From a virus (lineage: Duplodnaviria; Caudoviricetes), in IMG/VR virus record IMGVR_UViG_3300028920_000023: a DNA stretch of 64,000 bases; one strand, given 5' to 3'. The position numbers were made by a program, and so were the translations under genes. Below, piece after piece: positions 8,756 to 18,114 of this stretch (positions are counted from its first letter, which is position 1; each line of letters begins with the position of its first letter). The notes under the pieces are model-generated. The model was not told the origin of the DNA. It worked only from the letters and a program-made list of their open reading frames with translations, and searched no databases.

Positions 8756-8992
8756 ATGATGCGATGGAAGATGCTGCCCCGAAATAAAAGGAAGTCGATC
8801 AGGAAGAAGTTTAGCGAGAAGGTTAATGCGCTGATCCACTATCTGGAGTCGTACGTCGGGGACAACTACGCAGGGAATTCCTCTGTGAGTCAGTTGAATA
8901 ATGTCTGGGGCAAGTTCAACGACTGTTGTCCTTTGGACTTCGATGGTATTGGTGATGAGAGTAGGAATCAAGATGGCGGGAAGTTACCCTAA
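8756..8992 (+). CDS. hypothetical protein (78 aa)
   Basis: AAGGAGG RBS. Confidence 0.6.
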   Translation: MMRWKMLPRNKRKSIRKKFSEKVNALIHYLESYVGDNYAGNSSVSQLNNVWGKFNDCCPLDFDGIGDESRNQDGGKLP

Positions 8993-9032
8993 CAAAGACG
9001 ATGAGGACGATGAGGACGATGAGGACTGAATC

Positions 9033-9071
9033 CTGACGAGTTCGAATCCTTCTCCTAAATGGAGGAGGAAG
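9033..9071 (+). repeat. hammerhead-core-like element, type B
   Basis: CTGACGAG TT CGAA TCCTTCTCC taaat GGAGGAGGA AG; 3' tail shared with the 8296 copy. Confidence 0.85.
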
Positions 9072-9157
9072 TGTTTTCCTTGTTGGAAATTGGCTGGTTT
9101 TGTTAACCCTCGGGAAGATTACCGAGAAATGAAGAACCCGTTTTGAAAGGAGAGGCG

Positions 9158-9448
9158 ATGAACACCAAGAGCGTCGAGTTTGGGATTTTGATCCAGGGCT
9201 GCACTTACAGGGACCTTCGTGCCGTCCTGCCGCTGAGCAAGGACGGAGATCCTTGTTTGGCATGTGAAGATCATGTGGTTGAGTCTGCAAATGAAGATGG
9301 TCCTGAGCACTATGTTAGTTTCGGTGTCTTGCAGCATGGCGCTGAGGTTCCTGTTGTTGGTCCTAATGTTGAGTATTGGACCAATGCGATTAAGTCTGGT
9401 GTGAAGGGGGCTAGGGCCAAGTTTGCTATTCTTGAGGTTTGGCGGTGA
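9158..9448 (+). CDS. hypothetical protein (96 aa)
   Basis: AAAGGAG RBS. Confidence 0.7.
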   Translation: MNTKSVEFGILIQGCTYRDLRAVLPLSKDGDPCLACEDHVVESANEDGPEHYVSFGVLQHGAEVPVVGPNVEYWTNAIKSGVKGARAKFAILEVWR

Positions 9449-9664
9449 TTTAGGGGTTTTTATTTGTGTTTTTCTGTTTGGTGTGGGTGGTTGGTGTTTG
9501 TTTTTATATGCTTTGTGTGGGGGGTTTGTATTTGTTCTTATATTCTTGATTGAGGGAGTTGTTTGACAAGGGGTTTCTTTAGGCTGACAAGTATTTGTGT
9601 GGGGGCAGGGGGATACGACTGCACTGGGTGTTTTTTGACTGGAAACCTTGCTGAGGAGGTTGTG

Positions 9665-9886
9665 ATGTTTGTGATTACTGGTCGAGATGGTTCTGGCAAG
9701 ACTTGGTATTGGCGGAAGTGGACTGGGGCCTGCAGCAGTGGCCATCCGAAATGGGTGGAGCGGTTCTCTCCTAAGTGCATCTACGCACAACGGAAGGTCG
9801 CCGAGAAGACTGCGGCAGGGAGTGCGGTCATTAACGCATTTCGCAAGGGAGATCCGGTCCCTTTATCCGATGTTAGAGTGCTTTGA
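9665..9886 (+). CDS. hypothetical protein (73 aa)
   Basis: GAGGAGGT RBS. Confidence 0.6.
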   Translation: MFVITGRDGSGKTWYWRKWTGACSSGHPKWVERFSPKCIYAQRKVAEKTAAGSAVINAFRKGDPVPLSDVRVL

Positions 9887-9893
9887 TCCTGTT

Positions 9894-9980
9894 ATGACAG
9901 CAAATCCGAAAAAGAGGCAGAAGGTGCAGAAGATAGCCAGCAGAGACCTCATTTTGGGCAAGCGTCTGCTGGACCTCTAG
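9894..9980 (+). CDS. small basic protein ending in RLLDL
   Basis: Short ORF, start uncertain; carries the C-terminal tag shared by six other ORFs. Confidence 0.45.
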   Translation: MTANPKKRQKVQKIASRDLILGKRLLDL

Positions 9981-10056
9981 AGAGGAGGATGTGGCTGAGT
10001 ACTGTGGTTTGATGCGGAGGCGGAAACGGTCGAACGAGAGGATACGGAGGAGCATT

Positions 10057-10386
10057 ATGCTTATTTGGGATAGCGAAAGTGAGAATGATCAACCTACACC
10101 GATCGAGGAAGATCGGTTTTACCGGTCTCTGGGTGAGGATAATGGCGTCTTAATTGTGGACAGTTGTGAGACGTCTGATTCACGAACGACGGTTTTGTTG
10201 TTTGTGGGTCCGAATTCCAAGGAGAATTGGACTAAGTGGAATGAGTTTGCCCGCCTCATCCGCCTCATTGCAGATGAGGAAGTCGTTACCGAATGGCCGG
10301 ATGAGGAGTTGGATCTGGACGATATAAGCAAGTGCCTCAAGAAGTGTTTTGACCCACCAACCCAACCATCTTGTGCGTGCACATGA
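10057..10386 (+). CDS. hypothetical protein (109 aa)
   Basis: GGAGGAG RBS. Confidence 0.65.
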   Translation: MLIWDSESENDQPTPIEEDRFYRSLGEDNGVLIVDSCETSDSRTTVLLFVGPNSKENWTKWNEFARLIRLIADEEVVTEWPDEELDLDDISKCLKKCFDPPTQPSCACT

Positions 10387-10439
10387 AACACGTTGCATTT
10401 GTCAAGCATTAAACTAATCCCAGGAAAGGAATTCGCGCC

Positions 10440-10610
10440 ATGAAAAAAGATATCAGGATTGGAATGCAGGTTAGTTGGTCCATTTGTCACGGAAAAAGGA
10501 TTTTGAAAGGCACCGTAGTCGGCGTGAACCTAGGACGTAAATGGGATATGCTTACCGTGAAATTGCCTAACGGTGTTCTTATCACGGTTCCGGACTACGA
10601 ATGCAGATAG
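10440..10610 (+). CDS. small KOW/SH3-like protein (56 aa, not in the ORF track)
   Basis: Manual translation MKKDIRIGMQVSWSICHGKRILKGTVVGVNLGRKWDMLTVKLPNGVLITVPDYECR; AAAGGA upstream. Confidence 0.6.
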   Translation: MKKDIRIGMQVSWSICHGKRILKGTVVGVNLGRKWDMLTVKLPNGVLITVPDYECR

Positions 10611-10647
10611 TTTCGCGCAACTAAATTCGGCAAAGGAAATAACCACC

Positions 10648-10791
10648 ATGGTTTCGATGACTGTCGTGCTGTTCTGCAATGGGACAGAGAAGAAAATTGG
10701 TCATCAGCTCGATGCGAAATCTCTACCTATCTTGAACAACTTGAGAAAGAACGCAAAGAACTGGCCTGAGGAAGCTCGGGTTATCTGGTGA
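10648..10791 (+). CDS. hypothetical protein (47 aa)
   Basis: AAAGGA RBS; stop lies inside the next repeat element. Confidence 0.5.
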   Translation: MVSMTVVLFCNGTEKKIGHQLDAKSLPILNNLRKNAKNWPEEARVIW

Positions 10792-10825
10792 GGCTGGCCG
10801 AAACAGAGAGATGTTCTTCTCTGTT
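10785..10825 (+). repeat. hammerhead-core-like element, type A variant
   Basis: CTGGTGA-GGC TG GCC-GAA-ACAGAGA...TCTCTGT-T. Confidence 0.8.
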
Positions 10826-10859
10826 TGTGTTGTCTGTTTTTCTTTAAGGAGGGTTAGTG

Positions 10860-11174
10860 ATGAGTGAGAAGAGTGGTGACTATAAAGCAAGTTTTCTTGT
10901 GGTTGAACGAGATGATGCCATCTTGATTCCGGAAGATTCGGTTCCCGGATTTACTTCAGTCCTGTTGGAATTTGGGGACGGGGTCACACTCGGACAAATC
11001 GAAGAAAGCGATGTAGTTCTTTTGGAGAACCAAAACACACTCAGATTCGAACGATGCACTCCCGGTGACTGGGACAGCAAATACACGCAGTGGGAAAGAG
11101 CCGGATGGGATCCGATAGGGTTCGAGTCAGTAAGGCTGTACTCGACTTACGAGGAATATCAAAAGATTTGTTGA
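10860..11174 (+). CDS. hypothetical protein (104 aa)
   Basis: AAGGAGG RBS. Confidence 0.7.
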   Translation: MSEKSGDYKASFLVVERDDAILIPEDSVPGFTSVLLEFGDGVTLGQIEESDVVLLENQNTLRFERCTPGDWDSKYTQWERAGWDPIGFESVRLYSTYEEYQKIC

Positions 11175-11241
11175 CGGGTCGTGGAGGGCATTGCCAGGAA
11201 GGATTACTGTTTTCCAATGATTCTTGCGAAAGGAGCTGTTC

Positions 11242-11727
11242 ATGTCTACAGATTATGAGTCTTCTGCAGTTCACGGTTTTTGGCTAGATGTTGAAGACCT
11301 TGGGTCTCTAAAGAAGATCCGGGAAGAGAAGAGCCATATGGAGCCCCGCTACGACCCAAAGACCGGCGAGAAGAGGGAAGTAAAGGTCATCGACGTACAC
11401 GGGGGAGATTTCTATTTTCTAGACGGCATCTGGTGCGAGACGCCCTATGACCTGGCAGAAGCGATCCGAAGTAAGCTGCGCCAGTATCGCACCAGACCAA
11501 CAACGGCCCCGCACGCCCCAGCCGATGACCCCGATGTCCACATCCACCAGGAAAAGGACGGCAGCATAACAGCTCTCGTCATTGGCTACGAGATCAGCCA
11601 CAAGCCACTACAAGAGATACAACTCACAGATGCAAAATTGAAGTCTTGTTTGCCTCGTGTTCAGGAGTTGCTATCTGGTGTCGATTTGGGGTTGACAGGA
11701 GTACATCCGACGTTGCTTGTTGGGTGA
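11242..11727 (+). CDS. hypothetical protein (161 aa)
   Basis: AAAGGAG RBS. Confidence 0.7.
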   Translation: MSTDYESSAVHGFWLDVEDLGSLKKIREEKSHMEPRYDPKTGEKREVKVIDVHGGDFYFLDGIWCETPYDLAEAIRSKLRQYRTRPTTAPHAPADDPDVHIHQEKDGSITALVIGYEISHKPLQEIQLTDAKLKSCLPRVQELLSGVDLGLTGVHPTLLVG

Positions 11728-11857
11728 GTCTTTTGGTCCGTCAAGGAGGACAGCATGAGCGACTTAAAGATCTTTAACGGTCTAGCCTGTCCTGACCCCA
11801 ATGTGGACCTTGCTGGTGCCGTGAAACGTTCGCTAAATGGTGAAAGCTAGTTCTATT

Positions 11858-11900
11858 CTGAAGAGGCTCCTGCCGAAACCGAGAATTACACTTCTCTGTT
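11858..11900 (+). repeat. hammerhead-core-like element, type A variant
   Basis: CTGAAGA-GGC TCCT GCC-GAA-ACCGAGAA ttacac TTCTCTGT-T; loop and stem sequence changed, pairing kept. Confidence 0.8.
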
Positions 11901-11974
11901 ATTCCTGCATTACCTGATTCCATGCCAGACACAACACTGGCTAGACGGAACTTCCATACCACAAAGGAGAAAAC

Positions 11975-13039
11975 ATGAACAACACACAACTACTAGAGAA
12001 GCTCAATAAAACCGGCAAACTAACCCAAAAACAAATGGAAAAACTAGCCAGACACATGACAAGGGCATCCAGGGAAAGGCAGCTAGAAGCCATAAGGCAA
12101 TGTGGATACGCTCTCTGCTTTATCGAAAACCCAACAGAAGAAATAGAACTAGAAGCCGTAAAACAAAACGGCTACGCTATCGACTATATCAAGAACCCAA
12201 CAGAAGAAGTACAACTAGAAGCCGTAAAACAAAACGGCGGAGCTGTCAAGTTTATTGACAACCCATCCGAGACTGTCCAGTTAGAGGCAGTAAAGCAAAA
12301 CGGAGAAGCCATCAGACGTATCGAAAGCCCATCCAAGGAAGTGCAGCTAGAAGCCGTAAAACAAAACGGATTCGCTATCCAGTATATCGATAACCCATCC
12401 AGAGAAGTCCAGCTAGAAGCCGTAAAACAAAATGGCTACGCTCTCCAACATATCACTATCCCATCTAGGGAAGTACAGCTAGCGGCAATAAAACAAGCCG
12501 GAGGTGCTATCCGATACCTTGAGAACCCAACAGAAGAAATACAACTAGAAGCAGTAAAGAAAGCTGGCACAACCATCAGACATATCAAAAACCCAACAGA
12601 AGAAATACAACTAGAAGCAGTAAAACAAAACGGCGGAGCTGTCAGGTTCATCAAGAACCCAACACAAGAAATACAACTAACAGCAGTAAAACAAACTGGA
12701 ATGGCCATCGAGCATATCGAAAACCCAACAGAAGAAATAAAACTAGCAGCCGTAAAACAAGACGGAAATGTTATCCGGTATATCGAAAACCCAACCAAAG
12801 AAGTACAGCTAGAAGCCGTAAAACAAAACTGCGCAGCAATCCGGCATATTAGGAGCCCCACAGGAGATCTGGAAGTATTATCCCTAATGCTCAGGCTTAA
12901 TGGCGATTACGACATGGCACACAGAACAGCCAAAACCCTATACGAAGACATGAGCAAAGACGACCGAGAAAAACTCAAGGACAGCCTAACCAGATCCAGA
13001 AGCGCATTGGCTGGCGGTGGCCGCACACTGGACATCTGA
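11975..13039 (+). CDS. DUF4116-like 24-aa repeat protein
   Basis: About 11 tandem NPTEEIQLEAVKQNGxAIxxIx repeats; ends RTLDI. Confidence 0.85.
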   Translation: MNNTQLLEKLNKTGKLTQKQMEKLARHMTRASRERQLEAIRQCGYALCFIENPTEEIELEAVKQNGYAIDYIKNPTEEVQLEAVKQNGGAVKFIDNPSETVQLEAVKQNGEAIRRIESPSKEVQLEAVKQNGFAIQYIDNPSREVQLEAVKQNGYALQHITIPSREVQLAAIKQAGGAIRYLENPTEEIQLEAVKKAGTTIRHIKNPTEEIQLEAVKQNGGAVRFIKNPTQEIQLTAVKQTGMAIEHIENPTEEIKLAAVKQDGNVIRYIENPTKEVQLEAVKQNCAAIRHIRSPTGDLEVLSLMLRLNGDYDMAHRTAKTLYEDMSKDDREKLKDSLTRSRSALAGGGRTLDI

Positions 13040-13094
13040 CGCTAGACAGACCCGCTACGGTAGCTGGAACTTTCCAAACCACAAAGGAGAAAAC

Positions 13095-14456
13095 ATGAAC
13101 AACACACAACTACTAGAGAAGCTCAATAAAACCGGCAAACTAACCCAAAAACAAATGGAAAAACTAGCCAGATATGTAGTAAAGGAAGATAAGTACGGGT
13201 TAGTAAAGGTATGGAGTGAGGAATTCCAGCTGGCTGTAATTAACAGATCTGGTTATGTTATCCGATATATCGAGAACCCTTCTATGGAAGTACAATTGGC
13301 AGCCGTAAAACAAAACGGCTACGCTATCGAGCACATCGAGAACCCAACAGAAGAAATCCAACTAGAAGCTGTAAAACAAAACAGATCTGGTTATGTTATC
13401 CGATATATCGAGAACCCTTCTATGGAAGTACAATTGGCAGCCGTAAAACAAAACGGCTACGCTATCGAGCACATCAGGAACCCAACAGAAGAAATGAAAC
13501 TAGCAGCAGTAAAACAAAACGGACGAGCCATCAGGTACATCAAAAACCCAACAGAAGAAATGAAGCTAGCAGCCGTAAAACAAAACGGCTACGCTATCAA
13601 GTATATCAAGAACCCTTCTATGGAAGTACAATTGGCAGCAGTACGAGAAAACGGACTCACTATCAAGTACATCAAGAACCCAACAGAAGAAATCCAGATG
13701 GCAGCAGTAAAACAAGACGAAGAAGCCATCAAGCATATCAAGAACCCAACAGAAGAAGTACAGCTAGAAGCCGTAAAACAAGACGGAGAAGCCATCGAGT
13801 ATATCAAGAACCCAACAGAAGAAATGAAACTAACAGCAGTAAAACAAAACGGACGAGCCATCAGGTACATCAAAAACCCAACAGAAGAAGTGAAGCTAGA
13901 AGCCGTAAAACAAAACAGCTACGCTATCGACTATATCAAGAACCCAACAGAAGAAATGAAGCTAGCAGCCGTAAAACAAAACGGCTATGCTATCAAGCAT
14001 ATCGAGAACCCATCCATAGAAGTACAACTGGCAGCCGTAAAACAAGACGGAGAAGCCATCGGGTACATCAAAAACCCAACAGAAGAAATCCAGATGGCAG
14101 CCGTAAAGCAAGACGGCTACGCTATCGAGTACATCGAAAAACCAGCCAGAGAAGCACAACTAGCGGCCGTAAAACAAGCTGGCGAAATTATCAAGTATAT
14201 CAAGAACCCAACCAAAGAAGTACAACTAGAAGCCGTAAAACAAGACTGCATAGCAATCCGACACATAAAAGAACCATCCGAAGAAATAACAATCTTATCC
14301 CTAATGCTCAGGCTCAATGGCGATTACGACATAGTGCACAGAACAGCCAAAACCCTATACGAAGACATGAGTAAAAACGACCGAGAAAAACTCAGGGACA
14401 GTCTGATCAGATCCAGAAGTGTATTGGCTGGTGGTGGTCGCGCACTGGACATCTGA
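13095..14456 (+). CDS. DUF4116-like 24-aa repeat protein, paralog of 11975
   Basis: Same repeat; 95 nt (RBS + N-terminus) identical to the paralog; ends RALDI. Confidence 0.85.
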   Translation: MNNTQLLEKLNKTGKLTQKQMEKLARYVVKEDKYGLVKVWSEEFQLAVINRSGYVIRYIENPSMEVQLAAVKQNGYAIEHIENPTEEIQLEAVKQNRSGYVIRYIENPSMEVQLAAVKQNGYAIEHIRNPTEEMKLAAVKQNGRAIRYIKNPTEEMKLAAVKQNGYAIKYIKNPSMEVQLAAVRENGLTIKYIKNPTEEIQMAAVKQDEEAIKHIKNPTEEVQLEAVKQDGEAIEYIKNPTEEMKLTAVKQNGRAIRYIKNPTEEVKLEAVKQNSYAIDYIKNPTEEMKLAAVKQNGYAIKHIENPSIEVQLAAVKQDGEAIGYIKNPTEEIQMAAVKQDGYAIEYIEKPAREAQLAAVKQAGEIIKYIKNPTKEVQLEAVKQDCIAIRHIKEPSEEITILSLMLRLNGDYDIVHRTAKTLYEDMSKNDREKLRDSLIRSRSVLAGGGRALDI

Positions 14457-14474
14457 CAAGAACAGGAGGGAGAA

Positions 14475-14732
14475 ATGAATTTGGTGTTCGTGGACAAACA
14501 CATCGATTTGGTTAGGTGTGGGGATTTGGTGTTGTGCGAAGATGGTGTCGTGCGGACCGTGTGCCCCAGAGACATTCGCCGTTGTTCTTTCATGGGGGTA
14601 ACCTTGTGGGGCGATTCGTATCGCCTTGGCACAAGACCCGTCAAGGTCGCGTTACCTCGTAACCCCTGTAGTGAGGTAGAATCTTATGAAGACAATCTTG
14701 AAATCTGTCGAGGAAGTACGAGACTTCCTTGA
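14475..14732 (+). CDS. small phage hypothetical protein
   Basis: GGAGG RBS; GD...RTVC...FMGxTLxGDSY motif that I recall from other phage proteins. Confidence 0.65.
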   Translation: MNLVFVDKHIDLVRCGDLVLCEDGVVRTVCPRDIRRCSFMGVTLWGDSYRLGTRPVKVALPRNPCSEVESYEDNLEICRGSTRLP

Positions 14733-14880
14733 AGAGGCCACTACCGAACACATAATGGCCAATGACCTCGACATTGAGATCACAACATTCGAATCAGAAG
14801 GCATTCTTTCTGGAAACGAAGGTCTTGTCATCAGAAGCAAAGACAGGGAATGGCAGATCTCTATCGTGAGATCTGCCTAA
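14686..14880 (+). CDS. hypothetical protein (64 aa)
   Basis: TFE..GIL..N.GLVIR pattern; overlaps the previous ORF. Confidence 0.6.
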   Translation: MKTILKSVEEVRDFLEEATTEHIMANDLDIEITTFESEGILSGNEGLVIRSKDREWQISIVRSA

Positions 14881-14930
14881 CTTTCGCCGACACGCAGACA
14901 CGATACAACATGACACAAAAAGGATAACAC

Positions 14931-15485
14931 ATGAAAAACGCAAAACAAGACCTTAGAGGACTAATCGCAGCACTAGGACAAAGTTATCTCAGCGACTCCG
15001 AATTTAACCAAGAACTGACAGACCTCGTGTCCATAGCAAAAAGCGACTTCGACAGCGACGGAACACCAGCCAAATTATGCGTAATCTGCGACGAGGAAGA
15101 CGGGAAATCAAAATACCTAATCCTACTAAGCGACGAAGCCCTGCAGGACCGCTACAACGCACTTCACTCAATCGGAGCGAAATTCTACCAAGACAAAACA
15201 CGACCAATAGCGATTTTCATGATAAGCGAAGCCTGGACATCTCCATCAACGAGCCTACCACCCAGCAAAGCCCCAGATCGGAAAGAAATACTCTCTGTGT
15301 TTGGATGCACGATCGACCTACGATCGAATATGGCCAGTATCGAAATAAAAAGAAACCCAGACCAACTGGGCGAAGAAAACATCACCCTTTACGACGACAA
15401 CACGAAATGTCAAACAAACTTATTATCACAGTTCTTCAGAGGATATATAGAAGAACTGATAAACATAACCAGAGAATCAAATTAG
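14931..15485 (+). CDS. hypothetical protein (184 aa)
   Basis: AAAGGA RBS; long ORF. Confidence 0.75.
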   Translation: MKNAKQDLRGLIAALGQSYLSDSEFNQELTDLVSIAKSDFDSDGTPAKLCVICDEEDGKSKYLILLSDEALQDRYNALHSIGAKFYQDKTRPIAIFMISEAWTSPSTSLPPSKAPDRKEILSVFGCTIDLRSNMASIEIKRNPDQLGEENITLYDDNTKCQTNLLSQFFRGYIEELINITRESN

Positions 15486-15880
15486 GCTCTTCGCAAAAGA
15501 CCCTCTATATTGGCCAACTCCTTATCCGACAACAACTCTTTAATATCCTCACCATCGGACACAGAACCAACAGTATTGCCGTCCTTGTCCGTGATCCTGA
15601 CATTGTCTTGATTTTCATCATACGCTATGACATGATAGATATTCGGAACGTACCTGGGGGTCTCGTTTGGGTCATGCGTGGCATATTGTTCCTCGGCCTC
15701 CAGGTAGACCACGACATGATCAACATTGATGAAATTACCGTCTTTGGTCTCAAGATAACCGTCCGGAATATCGAGCTCGTATTCGTCCAGGGTCGTATCT
15801 AACTCCTCATTGAATATGCCTAATTCTCCGGGTCTAAGCTCTTCGTCGAGTAAATTAGCGATTTGCTTTGGTGTCTGCAT
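15482..15880 (-). CDS. hypothetical acidic protein (132 aa)
   Basis: Convergent with 14931; protein-like composition. Confidence 0.7.
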   Translation of the reverse strand: MQTPKQIANLLDEELRPGELGIFNEELDTTLDEYELDIPDGYLETKDGNFINVDHVVVYLEAEEQYATHDPNETPRYVPNIYHVIAYDENQDNVRITDKDGNTVGSVSDGEDIKELLSDKELANIEGLLRRA

Positions 15881-15992
15881 TGTTTTATCCCGTTGTTTTT
15901 CCTATTTTTGGACAGGACGCCATACAAAGCCAGGAGCCACAACCAGTTCCGCCACGGGTAGCAGCCGGTACAACGATACAAAGGAGACTAAC

Positions 15993-16688
15993 ATGGATCT
16001 AAGTAAGGAGCTTGTTGCAAAGCTCAGGGAAATCTTCGCAACAACGCCAGACGTCAAAATAGTCATAGGAGAAGAGAGGATCTGTGTCAAAAGACCAGGT
16101 ACGATCCTTGACTACAGAGCAGATGGCTACATCAGGCTCCTATTTAGAGGCAGAGGAACTGCCTATAGAGAAGACAGATCGAGGTATATCGAACACGACC
16201 TAAGAAACCTATCTGCGGTCGAAGCAGCAGCTCTTATCTGCGATGATCCGCCCGTGCAAGACATGATATCAAGCTTTAAGGAACACACCTACACGGAGAA
16301 AAAAGAAATACCGAAGATCCTAATAAAACCAGCCACCTCATACGAACTGCGCAATGGTTTCGTGTACGCCCCAAAAAGACATGTCCTCGCAATATACGAG
16401 ATCAGGCTGGTCGGTCACAAAAAAGGCTCAAAGTACTTCGTCGACCCGAAAGTGCCGGGAACAGAGATCCTCTACCAGATACACTGTGCGAACGAAGAAA
16501 ACGCTTTGTTCACGTTCGTAACAGACGCCAAATCCTATGTCATGCCCTGCACCGACAAGATGTTCTCCACGTTAGACCGCCCAAAGCCATCAGCGGATCT
16601 TCACCAGATCAACGAACTGGACCTAGAACTGATCAGGTTCGCCATCGATAACATGGCCATAGGTTGTTTGGATACAAACAGAACCTGA
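15993..16688 (+). CDS. hypothetical protein, tandem paralog 1
   Basis: AAAGGAG RBS; aligns with 16703-17449. Confidence 0.8.
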   Translation: MDLSKELVAKLREIFATTPDVKIVIGEERICVKRPGTILDYRADGYIRLLFRGRGTAYREDRSRYIEHDLRNLSAVEAAALICDDPPVQDMISSFKEHTYTEKKEIPKILIKPATSYELRNGFVYAPKRHVLAIYEIRLVGHKKGSKYFVDPKVPGTEILYQIHCANEENALFTFVTDAKSYVMPCTDKMFSTLDRPKPSADLHQINELDLELIRFAIDNMAIGCLDTNRT

Positions 16689-16702
16689 TAAAGGAGACCG
16701 AA

Positions 16703-17449
16703 ATGAAGATCATCAGTCGAGAAATCATAAACGAGGCCAAAAACCTCTTCAGCGCCGACCAAGACACCAAAATAGCTGTAAAGAACCGCGAGTACAAAGT
16801 CAGACTTTCTGGAGGAATCAAAACTGTCAGAGAATACGAAATCCGCATCAAACGACCCGGAACGATCCTCGAAATCAGTGAAAGTAACAACAATTGCTTG
16901 GTCAGACTAATGTTTAGAACCGACAAAGGCGGCTATCGTGTAGACAAGACAATCGTACTAGAAACAAAACTGTTTAAAAACAAACCGGCAAAAACAGTCA
17001 TCTTCGGATCACCGAACGTCCAAAATCTCATATCAAGATTCAGGGAACACACCTACACCCCCAGAAAAATACAGAAGATCCTCATCAAACCCGCCGGCAA
17101 ATGCAGACTCATCCAAGGCTTTGCCTTCATACCAGAACAACAAATCTCGCAGATCCTTCGGATAACAGTTGTAGGATATAAAGAAGGCTCCAAACACTTC
17201 GTAGATCCGAAAGTTCCAAACACCACAGTCCTCTATCAGATCGAATGCGTAAACAATCTTGGTGCGAAATTCAAATTCGTAACAGATGCCAAATCCTACG
17301 TCATACCCTGCACCGAGAGAATGCTAACAGCTGATACCTCACCAAAGGACTCTGTGGACCTAAACGAAATCAACGAACTAGACCTAGAACTCATCAAGTT
17401 CGCCGTCGATAACATGGCCATAGGTTGTTTGGATACAAACAGAACCTGA
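16703..17449 (+). CDS. hypothetical protein, tandem paralog 2
   Basis: AAAGGAG RBS; last 44 nt identical to paralog 1. Confidence 0.8.
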   Translation: MKIISREIINEAKNLFSADQDTKIAVKNREYKVRLSGGIKTVREYEIRIKRPGTILEISESNNNCLVRLMFRTDKGGYRVDKTIVLETKLFKNKPAKTVIFGSPNVQNLISRFREHTYTPRKIQKILIKPAGKCRLIQGFAFIPEQQISQILRITVVGYKEGSKHFVDPKVPNTTVLYQIECVNNLGAKFKFVTDAKSYVIPCTERMLTADTSPKDSVDLNEINELDLELIKFAVDNMAIGCLDTNRT

Positions 17450-17467
17450 CCAACAAAGGAGATAAAG

Positions 17468-18079
17468 ATGTCCAAATTGCTAGTCGTCAGCTACGTACCC
17501 GGTTTAGACCTGGATGAACCCAAATTCCTCAACGCAAAACCAGAAGAAATCAAGAAACACCTACCAGAAATGCCAGACGCGAACATCGAAGGCTGCGTCT
17601 GGTTTGGAACCGAAGAACAAGGAATAATGCCCGGCTTTATAATAGAAAAAGCCGAAGAAGTACGAAACCACATAACCAGATGGTCAGAAAACAAACCAAA
17701 AGAATATTTCTATGTCTCCTACTACCATGACCAAGAAAACTACGCCATAGGACTGTTCCCAAACCTCGAAGCCTCCAAAGAAAGAAACCGATTAGCTTAC
17801 AAAATACTGCACATGAAAGATCTGCCGGACGATACAGAATATGTATTCCTGTTCGTACCCTGGTTGTTCCTAAGTCCCAAGCCGGGACAATTCCCAATGG
17901 TCGTAAAAGAAATCGAGAAAAAGAAGAAATTAAGCGTAGCATTCGTTGAGAAAAGCACATTCGACCCACAACACCCAGAAAAGATGACCTATTACACAAT
18001 AGACGACATCGAGATCAGCCTCGACGGATACTACATACAACACATCAAAAACGAACTGGAACGGATGAACAGGAGTTAG
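17468..18079 (+). CDS. hypothetical protein (203 aa), intact paralog of 2237-2720
   Basis: AAAGGAG RBS; shared YAIGLFPNL. Confidence 0.8.
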   Translation: MSKLLVVSYVPGLDLDEPKFLNAKPEEIKKHLPEMPDANIEGCVWFGTEEQGIMPGFIIEKAEEVRNHITRWSENKPKEYFYVSYYHDQENYAIGLFPNLEASKERNRLAYKILHMKDLPDDTEYVFLFVPWLFLSPKPGQFPMVVKEIEKKKKLSVAFVEKSTFDPQHPEKMTYYTIDDIEISLDGYYIQHIKNELERMNRS

Positions 18080-18114
18080 GGGAATTCGAAGTAGGGCGCG
18101 AAAGGGGAGAACAA

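Noticed and set aside
8997-9026. GACGATGAG x3, and TTTGTGTTG x3 near 6807-6835
   Set aside because: Short slippage-type tandem repeats in intergenic DNA with no evidence of function.
9563-9600. TTGACA as a possible -35 box
   Set aside because: No acceptable -10 hexamer at 16-18 nt spacing.
11171-11196. Possible additional decayed element TTGACGGG-TCG-TGGA-GGGCATTGCC at a stop codon
   Set aside because: Needs four core substitutions and has only a 3-bp hairpin, so it cannot be distinguished from chance.
877-11900. Interpreting the recurring repeats as a CRISPR array
   Set aside because: The spacing is irregular (60 to more than 1000 nt), the intervening DNA is protein-coding with RBSs, the repeats fall into divergent subfamilies, and there are no cas genes in the window.
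877-11900. Integron attC cassette array
   Set aside because: No RYYYAAC...GTTRRRY boxes and no integron integrase in the window. Only the architecture is similar.
11975-14456. Diversity-generating retroelement (TR/VR pair)
   Set aside because: Differences between the repeats are not adenine-specific, both copies are coding with RBSs, and no reverse transcriptase is present in the window.
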